A stretch of DNA of 64,000 nucleotides from Eledone cirrhosa (GCA_964016885.1 OZ024742.1:88908001-88972000), one strand, 5' to 3'. Positions 1 to 14,920 are shown, counted from the first letter of the stretch. Translations and numbers: made by a program. Notes: a model not told the origin generated them from the sequence alone.

Positions 1-2760
1 CTAAAACTTTACATCCAGAGACTAAGTGATCCACTGTTTCAACCTCAGCATTGCAGAATCGGCACTTTGGGTTTATTCCGTTTCTCATCACATTGGCCTT
101 GTAATTACGAGTTAATAAGTTTGATCTTGGGCAGCTAATATGAAGCCTTCACTCTCCGCCTTTAGCCCTGAACTGCGTAGCCACTGATGGGTGTGCTTTT
201 GGTCAACATCAGCTTGTTTGCTACGGGCCACATATTTGCGATGCAGAGGTTTCTGCTCCCAATTTGATGCTAATTGTCCTTGCACTTTTGCTTTTGCCAG
301 TGATTTCCTGTGCATAACAGTGTCAGTTGCAACAGTTTCTCTAGTCTGTCCAACCTGGGTATCGAGCATGAGATCAGTAGCATATTTTTGCTCTCCTTCA
401 AGATAGATTGAAGCTTCTTACTTCTCTCATGCTTTTCAACAAGTTTTAGCATACACTCGTTAGTTGTTTCAAGGTATTTGGCCAGTCCAATGATGGTGGT
501 CTTGTAAGCAAGTTTAAATTGGATCAGGCCACGGCCTCCTTCAGTTCTAGGAAGATAAAGATGATCCACATCTGCATTTGGATGGTGCAACCTATTACAG
601 GTCAGTAGCTGGACGGATTTTGGTGTCGATTCTTTTGATTTCACTCATATTCCAGTTCAACACACCGAAGCTATAAGTGACAACTGGGGCTGCCAAGGAA
701 TTTATGGCTAGCACCTTGTTACGAGCGTTTAGTTCTGATCTCAGAACTGCACGTACTCTCCTGTAACATTCTTTCCTTATGCTCTCTTTCATGCGTCCAT
801 GCTGTATGTGAGAGCCCTCATTAGTCCCTAAGATTTTATAGGTTTGTTCCTGCTCTAGTTCCTTTATGATTGTTTCAGCATCCAATTCAACCGAGTCTGA
901 GTTGACAAGCTTCCCCTTCTTGGAAATTGCTTTTGGACATTTGTCAAGTCCAAACTCCATCCTTATGTTATCGCTAAACGTTTTTACCGTCCGCAAAAGC
1001 CTTCCAGTTCGTCATTATCTTTGCAATATAGCTTCAAATCATCCATATAAAATAAGTGGCTTATTTTATTATTGTTAATTCTATAATCGTACCCTGTTCT
1101 ATTAAGTTCGGATGTAAGGTGTATTAAAGCTATGCAAGGGTGAAAGTGAGTCACCCTGGAATATACCACAGTTGATGTTTATATTCCTAGAGCACAGACC
1201 CCAGTGGAATGAGACAATTGGAGATTTGTGTTCCATAATGACATATTGTGTTTCAGGAAGTTTGAGATCACATGTGAGATTTTGAAGATGTCCAGTGATC
1301 TCAGAATCCATGAGTGTGGTATGCTGTCAAAGGCTTTTTAAAATCGATCCATGCAGAACTGAGATTTCTGTGTTTATTATGACAGTTCTCAAGGATCATA
1401 TGATTAATCCAAACTTGCTCTTTGCAGCTATATGAACCTCGTCGGCACCCTTTTTGTTCAATGGGGAAAAGATTATCCTCCTCCAAAGACACGTATGCTT
1501 TTTCCATGAGAATAGAAGTTAATAGTTTATAAGTAGTGGACAAGCAGGTTATGGGCCAATAGTTTTGTTGATCTTTGGTTTCGTTGTTCTTTGGTAGAAG
1601 GTAGGTAATGCCACTTGCTATCAAATCAGGTGTATTTTTTGGATCTTTCATAATTTCATTAAACAGCTTGACCAATATATTGTGAGTGCACGGGAGTGAG
1701 GAAAGCCAGAAATTTGGCACCCTGTCTCTCCCAGGAGATTTCCATTTATGATATTTATTGAGTGATGTCCCTAAGTCCGCTATAGAGATGTCGTCTCACG
1801 CCTGTTCTTCTAAATTTGTGTAGGATTTTTCCAGGCGACTAATCTAATCTACATTAGCATTATATGTCTTTTCATCACTCCAAATCTTACTCCAGAAGTT
1901 TTCAACTTCTTCCATGGACGTCTTCAATAATGATTTTTTTCTTCCCTACTTCTCTATAACATGACTTGGCATTGGATGAGAACAACTTATTTTGCCTGTA
2001 GAAGTTGTTTTGCTTCTCGAATCTACGAATTCGTTGGGCTTTTACTTGGACTTTTTGTTTCAGAGATTCTTTTGTTGAAACTATTGCTTCTCTAGAAGAC
2101 AGTCCATATTTTCTCTTTAGCTTTCTTACCTTCTTGGATCTTTCCCAGCGGTTAACTCACTCAATAAAGATATTTCTCCTCTCATCACGGCAATCTCCTT
2201 TTCGATTCTACTCCTCCAAACTGGTTTACCTCGAAGGTTCGACATTTTTGTTTTTTCTGGTGGTATACAACTTGTTTCAATTACTCTAGCAGATGCATAA
2301 ATGATTTCATTTAACTCAGGAAGATCAGGTGCTAGTTCTTCTATGATTTCTTTTGTCACAGAATTACAATCATTATTTGTTTTCTTACGGGGTCGATAAA
2401 ATAAAGTACCAGTAATGCACTGGGTCATTGCTGGCCTTGTGCCTAAAGTAGAAACAATTATTTGTTTTCTATTTTGGATTGTATTTGGGAGTTTTTGAAG
2501 TGGTTCTCTATCATTTATACTAGAATGTCTTACTACTGCAAGCTCATTCAGTATTTTTTGCATTAATTCCTACATAGTCTCCCTGTGTTCTTCAGCAGAT
2601 GTTTGGTTTCAATTACTGTTTCTAAGTCCCTCCCCTGCCTACGCATGGTATTGGACGTACATGGAAAGTTGACCGGCTCTTTGGGTAGTGCATTTGCTGG
2701 GATGCACTGAGATCATTATTACTATTATAACAGCATAGTTATTCGTCATTGCTGTTGTTG
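1..2760 (-). mobile_element. Degraded R4/Dong-clade non-LTR retrotransposon (RT + RLE type), 3' part runs off the window start
   Basis: Frameshifted ORF fragments 2126-2563, 1301-1720 (WPITCLSTTYKLLT, EQKGCRRGS, AWIDFKK), 1102-1311 (GIFQGDSLSP), 984-1169 (HLFYMDDLKL), 595-996, 270-644 (LYLPRTEGGRGL) and 112-369 (ESEGFILAAQDQ) are collinear with the intact ORF at 33077-35713. The 5' boundary is approximate. Confidence 0.9.
2386..2456 (+). mobile_element. 5'-truncated SINE (3' part) inserted in the Dong element
   Basis: TACGGGGTCGATAAAATAAAGTACCAG...GGCCTTGTGCCTAAAGTAGAAACA matches the copies at 38158, 58487 and 62998. Flanked by a 14-bp TSD ATTATTTGTTTTCT (2372-2385 and 2457-2470). Confidence 0.88.
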
Positions 2761-3335
2761 ATTGAGGCGATATTGTTATGGTTGCAGCTGTAAGAGGTGT
2801 ACCAGAATTTTCTCAACTGTTCTTGTGGTGTGAGTGGTGTTGGTGGTGGTGGTAGGGAGATTAATGCTGACGTGGGGGTGCTGGGAGTGGTAGTGGGTAG
2901 GGTGACAGTGTAGCTTATAGCAATTGCTTCTCCGATGTTATTTTCTGTCTATTTTGAGTTTGATGTGTAAATGGGGTGCTAGTATTATTTTTTTCTTCCC
3001 CTTTGTTTTGTCCTTTATGTGGGCTCCATACACATACATAAATATACATTCACCCGTGCATACTTATACACACGTATGTATATACACACATATATATATA
3101 TACCCACACATTAGACACTGAGAAGGGAAGTAGGTAGCTGTCAGGACAGTAGTCTAAAAATAGATTGGGGATTTGCTGGTGTCAAAGTGTAAGGACGTGG
3201 TTGTCAATGTGGTGGTGGGAGAGAGAAGTGATCTTACAACTGTCCATTTTCCTTTCAAAATCTGAAATTTAGCCACATTCGACCAAAATGTAAAAATAGA
3301 AAAATTGTGTTGGGGAAATATTTAAAAATATGATT

Positions 3336-5203
3336 AAGCCAATAACAGCCGGTGAAATACGGGAAGCGATGGTTAACTGCACGAGGGGTAAATCGCCAGG
3401 TTTGGATGGTCTGCCCTACGAGTTTTATGCATTTATGCCAGACTTGTTCGGTGACCTCATGGCAGACGTCTACTGCAACTAGCTGCAGAACGGGAGAATT
3501 CCCAGTTTTGTTAGCCGGGGAGCGGTGGCGCTGCTGTGTAAAAGACGCGAACAAGGGGGATGTTATCGATAACTTCAGGCCCATAACTCTGCTGAACGCA
3601 GAGTTCAAGATTTTGGCCAAGGTGTTAACAACGAGGTTGGCGCTTGTCGTCGGGGGTCTGGTGGGAGAGGCGCAGTCATGAGTCATTCCGGACATATCCA
3701 TACACAACAACCTCCACCCTTGCGATACATCGTAGAGAGCGTGGTTAAGGAACATGGCACGGGTGGGGTCCTGATCAAATTGGATCAATCCAAAGCATTC
3801 GATAGGGTCGACCATTGGTATCTGGCGGCGGTCCTCGAGGCAGCCGGTTTCGGGCCTGTTTTCAGAGGTTAGATTGCTGCGATGTACAGCGACATCTGAT
3901 CAGTTGTGAGGGTGAAACTCCAGATGGAGAGAAACTGGAGCGAGTTGACGAGCAAGGTGGCCTCCCACACCCAGAAATGGGCCGAGAGGAATCTATCCCT
4001 GAAAGGCCGGGCGGAGGTGGGGAATGCGTACATCGCATCGGTCATCTGCTACCGCCTCACTGTCGTCACTTGCCGGGGCCCAACTCTCACCAAAAGGGAG
4101 CGCCTCCTCTTCCGCTTTTTGTGGAAGGGACACGCTCTCATGGTCAGACGATCCATCTGATGTCAATACCCGTTGCGTGGAGGACTGGGCATGCCATGGC
4201 TGATGATGCGCAAACATGCGCTGGGGCTGCGACATCTCTGGTGCTTCCTTGACCAGGTGTGGTCGCCGTTCGCCAGGCACGTTTTCCCACAGTTAGTCTC
4301 CTTGACGGAGCTGCAGTCCTGGGTCAGAAAAAGACCGAGGGATAGCGCTTGGAAACTGGAATGTCTCCAGGCGCTCACTGCCCTCTTCCAGCTGGGCACC
4401 AGTATCGGTGGAACATCCACCTCGGCGTTCTATAGAGGACTAGTGGAGGGCAAGAGCGACGACATTCTCGGAGAGATTCTGGGCGTCGAAGAAGATCAAC
4501 TGTTTGCTCACTTCCGGAGAACTTTCAGCCCAGGGCTTATGGATAACTTCCAAAAATCCCTGGCCTGGCAGTGCTACCGGCGAGTGTTGACGGTTCGACA
4601 TAAGCTCTACATGCACGGAAGTGTCGTCAGCCGAGCCTGTCCGAGATGCACGCAGAGCGACGAAACCGTGGTGCACGCACTCGTTCAGTGCCCGAGCATT
4701 GCTGACTTGTGGAGCTATGTCGAACAGTTGCTGTTGCGTGTAGGACTGATCCGGTTATAGACTGAGTCCATTGTGCAGATGGTCTCGCCGTCTTCCTTCG
4801 AGGAGGAAGGGCAGCGGTTTTCATCTGCTTGGTGGCCAGGGAGAAAGAGATTGTGTGGTGGACAAGTTTGAAAGGGTTAAAGACATACACTTTCCTCTTC
4901 GGCGAATCCCTAATTAACTTTTTCAAGTTTCACTTGAAGAGGAAAATCAGGGTGGAGAGGCAAGTGCTGCCTCCTAGCAAGTTTGTTGAAAGGTGGGTGA
5001 ATATAGCGAGAATGGTCCGAGTGAACAGGACCGCTCTGAATATACGCCTGTAGTTTGAGAAATGGAAAAATTGAGAGAGGGCGCTTGCACTGGTGCTCAG
5101 GGTGGCCGTGGTCTTTTGAGTGGTTTTCGCCATGAGTAACCCTCGGAGGGTTCCCCCCTATTGGGGAATTTTACATTATTTCAATTTTCATTTTTATTGC
5201 TTA
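3336..5203 (+). mobile_element. Degraded, 5'-truncated Tx1/L1-clade retrotransposon (diverged subfamily), 3' UTR interrupted at 5203
   Basis: ORF fragments FRPITLLNAEFKILAKVL, LDQSKAFDRVDH, LSLKGRAEV, GGLGMPWL and CPRCTQSDETVVHALVQC. An internal deletion near 3917 removes the QGCPLS/YADD RT core. The 3' UTR motif CCCCTATTGGGGAATTTT is shared with the other copies. Confidence 0.9.
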
Positions 5204-5402
5204 CTAGACCACCCGTGACCCGTTGGGTCATGTTCACTTTAAAATATATTTTTTAAAATCGTGTTCACTTAAAAATAATGTTTACATAATAAAAATATAC
5301 ACAGACATGTATATAATGTGAAATGAAACTGGAAGGCCTATATATATACGTGAGTGTATGTATATATATATATGTGTGTGTGTGTAAACATATACATATA
5401 TA

Positions 5403-5437
<35 letters not shown>

Positions 5438-5504
5438 GTGGATGTCTGTGATCTACATGCACTGGTCATAAACACACATATATATATATATATTCACACA
5501 CACT

Positions 5505-5567
<63 letters not shown>

Positions 5568-5892
5568 GCAACGGCACCACCAGCTCTCTTCCATTTTCAT
5601 TCTCTGTCTCCTTTCCCTCTTTCTGTCTCCCTTTCAATCTACTCTCTCACAACCACTATCTCTTTCTCTCTATCTTTTTCTCTCTTTGTATACTTTGTTT
5701 ATGAAGGCACCAGGAAAAACCTCATATGTTGGGAACACGCGGTCCGATTTACGCGAAATTTGTTTTGTTCCATTTGTATTCCCATTTCAGGCTCAACTTC
5801 CTTCAAAGTATTTTCCTAGTATGCGCCCTTTTGGCTGTATTACATTACAGATAAGCAAGCAAGCAATCAGTCACAGACTTTTAGTATTATAA
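5204..5892 (-). mobile_element. Non-autonomous Helitron-like element (HINE/DINE-like)
   Basis: The minus strand ends TGACCC-AAC-GGGTCA (hairpin 5216-5230) CGGGTGGT CTAG|T, a canonical Helitron 3' terminus. The minus-strand 5' part reads TATAATACTAAAAGTCTGTGACTGATT(GCTT)3. It contains internal (TA)n/(CA)n tracts and a CCGATTTACGCGAAATTT motif resembling DINE/HINE cores. Confidence 0.65.
5340..5570. repeat. (TA)n/(TG)n/(CA)n compound microsatellite
   Basis: Directly visible dinucleotide runs. Confidence 0.95.
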
Positions 5893-6171
5893 AAAGTGGA
5901 AATACCCTTTCTAATATATATATTGTCTGTACAGGTAATCAAAGTGTGTATAAATTTTTCCGGGACACCATATATATATATATATACCGGTGTCCCTAAA
6001 AATGTATACACCATTCTAATATATATATTGCCTGTACAGGTAATCAAAGTGTGTACATTTTTCGGGGAAACCATATATATATATACAGGGGTCCCTAAAA
6101 ATGTATACACCATTCTAATATATATATTACCTGTACAGGTAATCAAAGTGTGTATACATTTTTCGGGGACA

Positions 6172-6216
<45 letters not shown>

Positions 6217-6522
6217 GGGGTGCCTAAAAATGTATACAGCATTCTAGTATATATATTCTAATATATATTGCCTGTACAGGTAATCAAAGTGTGTATACAT
6301 TTTTCGGGGAAACCATATATATATATATACCTGGGTCCGGAAAAATGTATACACCATTCTAATATATATATTGGTTGTACAGGTAATCAAAGTGTGTATA
6401 CATTTTTGCGGAACACCATATATATATATATATATATATACCGGTGTCCCAAAAAATGTATACAACATTCTAATATATATATTGTACAGGTAATCAAAGT
6501 GTGTATACATTTTTCGGGGACA

Positions 6523-6555
<33 letters not shown>

Positions 6556-6742
6556 GGGGTCCCTAAAAACGTATACATTATTCTAATATATATATTGCCT
6601 GTACAGGTAATCAAAGTGTGTATACATTTTTCGGGGAAACCATATATATATATATACAGGGGTCCCTAAAAATGTATACACCATTCTAATATATATATTA
6701 CTGTACAGGTAATCAAAGTGTGTATACATTTTTCGCGGATAC

Positions 6743-6776
<34 letters not shown>

Positions 6777-7485
6777 CCGGGGTCCCTAAAAATGTATACA
6801 GCATTCTAATATATATATTCTAATATATATTGCTCGTACAGGTAATCAAAGTGTATATACATTTTTCGGCGAAACCATATATATATATATACCTGGGTCC
6901 TGAAAAATGTATACACCATTCTAATATATATATTGGTTGTACAGGTAATCAAAGTGTGATTACATTTTTCCGGGATACCATATATATATATAGCAGTGTC
7001 CCTAAAAATGTATACACCATTCTAATATATATATTGCCTGTACAGGTAATCAAAGCGTGTATACATTTTTCGGGGACACCATATATATATACCGGGGTCC
7101 CTAAAAATGTATACACCATTCTAATATATATATTGCCTGTACAGGTAATCAAAGTGTGTATACATTTTTCCGGGACACCATATATATATATACCGGTGTC
7201 CCTAAAAATGTATACAGCATTCTGATATATATATTGCCTATACAGGTAATCAAAGTGTGTATACATTTTTCCGGGACACCATATATATATATATATACCG
7301 GGGTCCCTAAAAACGTATACATCATTCTAATTTATATATTGCCTGTACAGGTAATCAAAGTGTGTATACATTTTTCGGGGAAACCATGTATATATATACA
7401 GGGGTCCCTAAAAATGTATACACCATTCTAATATATGTATTACCTGTACAGGTAATCAAAGTCTATATACATTTTTCGGGGACAC

Positions 7486-7519
<34 letters not shown>

Positions 7520-7805
7520 CCGGGGTCCCTAAAAATGTATACAGCATTCTAATATATATATTGGTTGTACAGGTAATCAAAGTGTGTTTACATTTTTCTA
7601 GGAAACCATATATATATACCGGGGTCCCTAAATATGTCTACACCATTCTAATATATATATTGCCTGTACAGGTAATCAATGTGTGTATACATTTTTAGGG
7701 GACACCATATATATATATACCTGGGTCCTGAAAAATGTATACACCATTCTAATATATATATTGCCTGTACAGGTAATTAAAGTGTGTATACATTTTTCCG
7801 GAACA

Positions 7806-7854
<49 letters not shown>

Positions 7855-8960
7855 CCGGTGTCCCTAAAAATGTATACAGTATTCTAATATATATATTGCC
7901 TGTACAGGTAATCAAAGTATGTAGACATTTTTCGGGGACACCATATATATATATATACCGGGTTGCCTAAAAATGTATACACCATTCTAATATATATATA
8001 TTGCCTATACAGGTAATCAAAGTGTGTATACATTTTTCGGGGACACCATATGTATATATACCTGGGTCCTGAAAAATGTATACACTATTCTAATATATAT
8101 ATTGGTTATACTCAAAGTCTGTATACATTTTTCCGGGACACCATATATATATATACCGGTGTCCCTAAAAATGTATACACCATTCTAATATATATATTGT
8201 CTGTACAGGTAATCAAAGTGTGTATACATTTTTCTGGGAAACCATATATATATACCGGGATCCCTAAAATGTATACACCATTCTAATATATATATTGCCT
8301 GTACAGGTAATCAAAGTGTGTATACATTTTTAGGGGACACCATATGTATATATACCTGGGTCCTGAAAAATGTATACACTATTCTAATATATATATTGGT
8401 TATACTCAAAGTGTGGATACATTTTTCCGGGACACCATATATATATATATGCCGATGTCCCTAAAAATGTATACACCATTCTAATATATATATTGCCTGT
8501 GCAGGTAATCAAAGTGTGTATACATTTTTCGGGGAAACCATATATATATATACCTGGGTCCTGAAAAATGTATACACCATTCTAATATATATATTGCCTG
8601 TACAGGTAATCAAAGTGTGTATACATTTTTCCGGGACACCATATATATATATATATACTGGTGTCCCTAAAAATGTATACACCATTATAATATATATATT
8701 GCCTGTACAGGTAATCAAATTGTGTGTACATTTTTCGGGGACACCATATATATATATATATATATATACCGGGGTCCCTAAAAATGTATACAGCATTCTA
8801 ATATATATATTCTAATATATATTGCCTGTACATGTAATCAAAGTGTGTATACATTTTTCGGGGAAACCATATATATATATATACCTGGGTCCGGAAAAAT
8901 GTATACACCATTCTAATATATATATTGGTAATCAAAGTGTGTATACATTTTTGCGGAACA

Positions 8961-8993
<33 letters not shown>

Positions 8994-9896
8994 GGTGTCC
9001 CAAAAAATGTATACAACATGCTAATATATATATTGCCTGTACAGGTAATCAAAGTGTGTATACATTTTTCGGGGAAACCATATATATATATACAGGGGTC
9101 CCTAAAAATGTTTACACCATTCTAATATATATATTGGTTGTACAGGTAATCAAAGTGTGATTACATTTTTCCGGGACACCATATATATATATACCAGTGT
9201 CCCTAAAAATGTATACAGCATTCTAATATATATGTGCCTGTACAGGTAATCAGAGTGTATATACAATTGTCGGGGAAACCATATAAATATATACCTTGGT
9301 CCTGAAAAATGTCTTCACCATTCTAATATATATCTGGGTTGTACAGGTAATCAAAGTGTGTTTACATTTTTCCGGGACACCATATATATATATACCGGTG
9401 TCCCTAAAAATGTATACACCATTCTAATACATATATTCCCTGTACAGGTAATCAAAGCGTGTATACATTTTTCGGGGACACCATATATATATACCGGTGT
9501 CCCTAAAAATGTATACACCATTCTAATAGATATATTGCCTGTACAGGTAATCAAAGTATGTATACATTTTTCGGGGACACCATATGTATATATACCTGGG
9601 TCCTGAAAAATGTATACACTATTCTAATATATATATATTGGTTATACTCAAAGTGTGTATACATTTTTCCGGGACACCATATATATATATATACCGGGGT
9701 CCCTAAAAATGTATACACCATTCTAATATATATATTGCCTTTACAGGTAATCAAAGTGTGTATACATTTTTCCGGAACACCATATATATATATATATATA
9801 TATGTATATACCGGTGTCCCTAAAAATGTATACAGTATTCTAATATAAATATTGCCTGTACAGGTAATCAAAGTATGTAGAGATTTTTCGGGGCCA

Positions 9897-9929
<33 letters not shown>

Positions 9930-10211
9930 GGGGTCCCTAAAAATGTATACACCATTCTAATATATATATTGCCTGTACAGGTAATCAAAGTGTGTATACA
10001 TTTTTCGGGGACACCATATGTATATATACCTGGGTCATGAAAAATTTATACACTATTCTAATATATATATATTGGTTATACTCAAAGTGTGTATACATTT
10101 TTCGGGTACACCATATATATATATACCGGGGTGCCTAAAAATGTATACACCATTCTAATATATATATTGCCTGTACAGGTAATCAAAGTGTGTATACATA
10201 TTTCCTGGACA

Positions 10212-10243
<32 letters not shown>

Positions 10244-10536
10244 CGGTGCCCCTAAAAATGTATACAGCATTCTAATATATATATTGCCTCTACAGGTTAT
10301 CAAAGTGTGTATACATTTTTCGGGGACACCATATATATATATTTATATACCGGGGTCCCTAAAAATGTATACACCATTCTAATATATATATTGCCTGTAC
10401 AGATAATCAAAGTGTGTATACATATTTCGGGGACACCATATATATATATAGCGGGGTCCCTAAAAATGTATACACCATTCTAATGTAAATATTGCCTGTA
10501 CAGGTAATCAAAGTGTGTATACATTTTTCGGGGACA

Positions 10537-10587
<51 letters not shown>

Positions 10588-10591
<4 letters not shown>

Positions 10592-11838
10592 CAGGTTTAG
10601 CAAATAATGAATAAGTTTGAAAATAAATTTTAAAAAATTGACTTTACTTACTATAGTTACCTTTACCGAATTGGTTTCGAATCTCAAAAATAAACGGAGA
10701 CCATACGGCCTTCGTTGCAAAGAAAGATTCTCGTCAGAAGTTTCTTTTCATTCGAAGAATATAAAATTCTTGAATTTAAATTACGAACTAGCGCTATCCA
10801 AAACTGTACCCGAGTTGACAGTGAATGAAGTGGAATCAATTTTTTCAAGGGCCGAAGTAAAGATAGAGGCAGAGGGAGGTTGGCCAAACGGCCAACATCA
10901 TCACTAGCAGCAGTCGGAACTACCAAATTTTTTTTCTCAACATAGAGGAGTATAGTAATAATAGGATGTGTGTTCCTACACGCACAAAGCGCTAAGTGAC
11001 ACATGTATTATCCAACCATATGCCAATGTGGTTCAAAGGCAGGTTAATAAATTAACGAGCCAGAACATATATAATCAGGTTTAGCAAATAATGAAAATGT
11101 TTCAAAATAAATTTTAAAAAATTGACTTTTCTTACTATAGTTACATTTACCGAATCGGTTTCGAATCTCAAAAATATACAGAGACCATACGGCCTTCGTT
11201 GCAAAGAAAGATTCTCGTCAGAAGTTTCTTTTCATTCGAAGAATATAAAATTCTTGAATTTAAATTACGAACTAGCGCTATCCAAAACTGTTCCCGAGAT
11301 GACAGTGAATGAAGTGGAATCAATTTTTTCAAGGGCCGAAGTAAAGATAGAGGCAGAGGGAGGTAGGTCAAACGGCCATCACTATCACTAGCAGCAGTGG
11401 GAACGACCACATTTTTTTTCTCAACATAGAGGAGTATAGTAATAATAGGATATTTGTTCCTACACGCACAAAGCCCTCAGGGACACATGTATTGTCCAAC
11501 CATATGCCAATGTGGTTCAATGGCAGATTAATAAATTAACGAGCCAGAACATATATAATGAGGTTTAGCAAATAATGAAAAAGTTTCAAAATAAATTTTA
11601 AAAAATTGACTTTACTTACTATATTTACCTTTACCGAATCGGTTTCGAATCTCAAAAATAAACGGAGACCATACGGCCTTCGTTGCAAAGAAAGATTCTC
11701 GTCAGAAGGTTCTTTTTATTGGATGAATATAAAATTCCTGAATTTAAATTACGAACTAGCGCTATCCAAAACTGTTCCCGAGATGAGAGTAAATGAAATG
11801 GAATCAATTTTTTCAAGTGCCGAAATAAAGATAGAGAT
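10588..11838. repeat. 484-bp unit block A1 (2 full + 1 truncated)
   Basis: Unit starts TAATCAGGTTTAGCAAATAATG. Equivalent positions at 10638, 11122 and 11606 give an exact 484-bp period. Confidence 0.95.
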
Positions 11839-11925
11839 ACCGAGGTCCCTAAAAATGTATACACCATTCTAATATATATATTGTCTGTACAGGTAATCAA
11901 AGTCTATATACATTTTTCGGGGACA

Positions 11926-11967
<42 letters not shown>

Positions 11968-13598
11968 GGGTCCGTAAAAATGTATACACCATTCTAATAT
12001 ATATATCGCCTGTACAGGTAATCAAAGTGTGTATACATTTTTCATGGACACCATATATATATATATATATATATATAACGGTGCCCCTAAATATGTATAC
12101 ACCATTCTAATATATATATTGCCTGTACGGGTAATCAAAGTGTGTATAAATTTTTCGGGGACACCATATATATATATATATATACCGGGGTCCCTAAAAA
12201 TGTATACACCATTCTAATATATATATTGCCTGTACAGATAATCAAAGTGTGTATACATATTTCGGGGACACCATATATATATATACCGGGTCCCTAAAAA
12301 TGTATACATCATTCCAATATATATATTGCCTGTACAGGTAATCAAAGTGTGTATACATTTTCGGGGAAAACATATATATATATACCTGGGTCATGAAAAA
12401 TGTATACACCATTCTAATATATACATTGCCTGTACAGGTAATCAAAGTGTGTATACATTTTTCGGGGAAACCATATATATATATACCTGGGTCCGGAAAA
12501 ATGTATACACCATTCTAATATATATATTGGTTGTACACGTAATCAAAGTGTGTATACATTTTTGCGGAACACCATATATATATATATATATATATATACC
12601 GGTGTCCCAAAAAATGTATACAACATGCTAATATATATATTGCCTGTACAGGTAATCATAGTGTGTATACATTTTTCGTAGACACCATATATATATATAT
12701 ATATATATACCGGGGTCCCTAAAAACGTATACATCACTCTAATATATATATTGCCTGTACAGGTAATCAAAGTGTGTATACATTTTTCGGGGAAACCATA
12801 TATATATATACAGGGGTCCCTAAAAATGTTTACACCATTCTAATATATATATTGGTTGTACAGGTAATCAAAGTGTGATTACATTTTTCCGGGACACTAT
12901 ATATATATATACCAGTGTCCCTAAAAATGTATACAGCATTCTAATATATATGTGCCTGTACAGGTAATCAGAGTGTATATACAATTGTCGGGGAAACCAT
13001 ATAAATATATACCTTGGTCCTGAAAAATGTCTTCACCATTCTAATATATATCTGGGTTGTACAGGTAATCAAAGTGTGTTTACATTTTTCCGGGACACCA
13101 TATATATATATACCGGTGTCCCTAAAAATGTATACACCATTCTAATACATATATTCCCTGTACAGGTAATCAAAGCGTGTATACATTTTTCGGGGACACC
13201 ATATATATATACCGGTGTCCCTAAAAATGTATACACCATTCTAATATATATATTGCCTGTACAGGTAATCAAAGTATGTATACATTTTTCGGGGACACCA
13301 TATGTATATATACCTAGGTCATGAAAAATGTATACACTATTCTAATATATATATATTGGTTATACTCAAAGTGTGTATACATTTTTCGGGTACACCATAT
13401 ATATATACCGGGGTGCCTAAAAATGTATACACCATTCTAATATATATATTGCCTGTACAGGTAATCAAAGTGTGTATACATTTTTCCTGGACACCATATA
13501 TATATATGTATACCGGTGCCCCTAAAAATGTATACAGCATTCTAATATATATATTGCCTGTACAGGTAATCAAAGTGTGTATACATTTTTCGGGGACA

Positions 13599-13633
<35 letters not shown>

Positions 13634-13637
<4 letters not shown>

Positions 13638-14578
13638 CAGGTTTAGCAAATAATGAAAAAGTTTCAAAATAAATTTCTCAACGTAGAGGAGTATAGTAAT
13701 AATAGGTTATGTGTTCCTACACGCACAAAGCGCTCAGGGACACATGTATTGTCCAACCATATGCCAATGTGGTTCAATGGCAGGTTGATAAATTAACAAG
13801 CCACAACATATATAATCAGGTTTAGCAAATAATGAAAAAGTCTCAAAATAAATTTTAAAAATTGACTTTACTTACTATAGTTACCTTTACCGAATCGGTT
13901 TCGAATCTCAAAAGTAAACGGAGACCATACGGCCTTCGTTGCAAAGAAAGATTCTCGTCAGAAGGTTCTTTTCATTCGAAGAATATAAAATTCTTGAATT
14001 TAAATTACGAACTAGCGCTATCCAAAACTGTTCCCGAGATGAGAGTAAATGAAGTGGAATCAATTTTTTAAAGGGCCGAAGTAAATATAGAGGCAGAGGG
14101 AGGTAGGTCAAACGGCCATCACCACTACTAGCAGCAGTCGGAACGACCAAATTTTTTTTCTCAACATAGAGGAGTATAGTAATAATAGGATATGTGTTCC
14201 TACACGCACAAAGCGCTCAGGGACACATGTGTTGTCCAATCATATGCCAATGTGTTTCAATGGCAGGTTAATAAATTAACGAGCCAGAACATATATAATC
14301 AGGTTTAGCAAATAATGAAAAAGTTTCAAAATAAATTTTAAAAAATTGACTTTACTTGCTTTATTTACCTTTACTGAATCGGTTTCGAATCTCAAAAATA
14401 AACGGAGACCATACGGCCTTCGTTGCAAAGAAAGATACTCGTCAGAAAGTTATTTTTATTGGAAGAATATAAAATTCTTGAAATTAAATTACGAACTAGC
14501 GCTTCCAAAACTGTTCCCGAGATGAGAGTAAATGAAGTGGAATCAATTTTTTCAAGTGCCGAAGTAAAGATAGAGATA
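13634..14578. repeat. 484-bp unit block B1 (internally deleted + full + truncated)
   Basis: The first copy jumps from AAATAAATTT to CTCAACGTAGAGG. Full copy at ~13812, truncated copy at ~14296. Confidence 0.93.
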
Positions 14579-14664
14579 CCGAGGTCCTTAAAAATGTATA
14601 CACCATTCTAATATATATATTGCCTGTACAGATAATCAAAGTGTGTATACATTATTTGGGGAAA

Positions 14665-14717
<53 letters not shown>

Positions 14718-14801
14718 GAGGTCCCTCAAAATGTATGCACCATTCTAGTATATATATTATCTGTACAGGTAATCAAAGTGTATATACATTTTTCGGGGAC
14801 A

Positions 14802-14836
<35 letters not shown>

Positions 14837-14920
14837 GGGGTCCGTAAAAATGTATACACGATTCTAATATATATATTGCCTGTACAGATACTCAAAGTAT
14901 GTATACATTTTTCGGGGACA

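Noticed and set aside
10684-11004. Minus-strand 80-111-aa ORFs in the 484-bp unit
   Set aside because: No recognisable motif, variable non-ATG starts and no splice context; they repeat only because the unit repeats.
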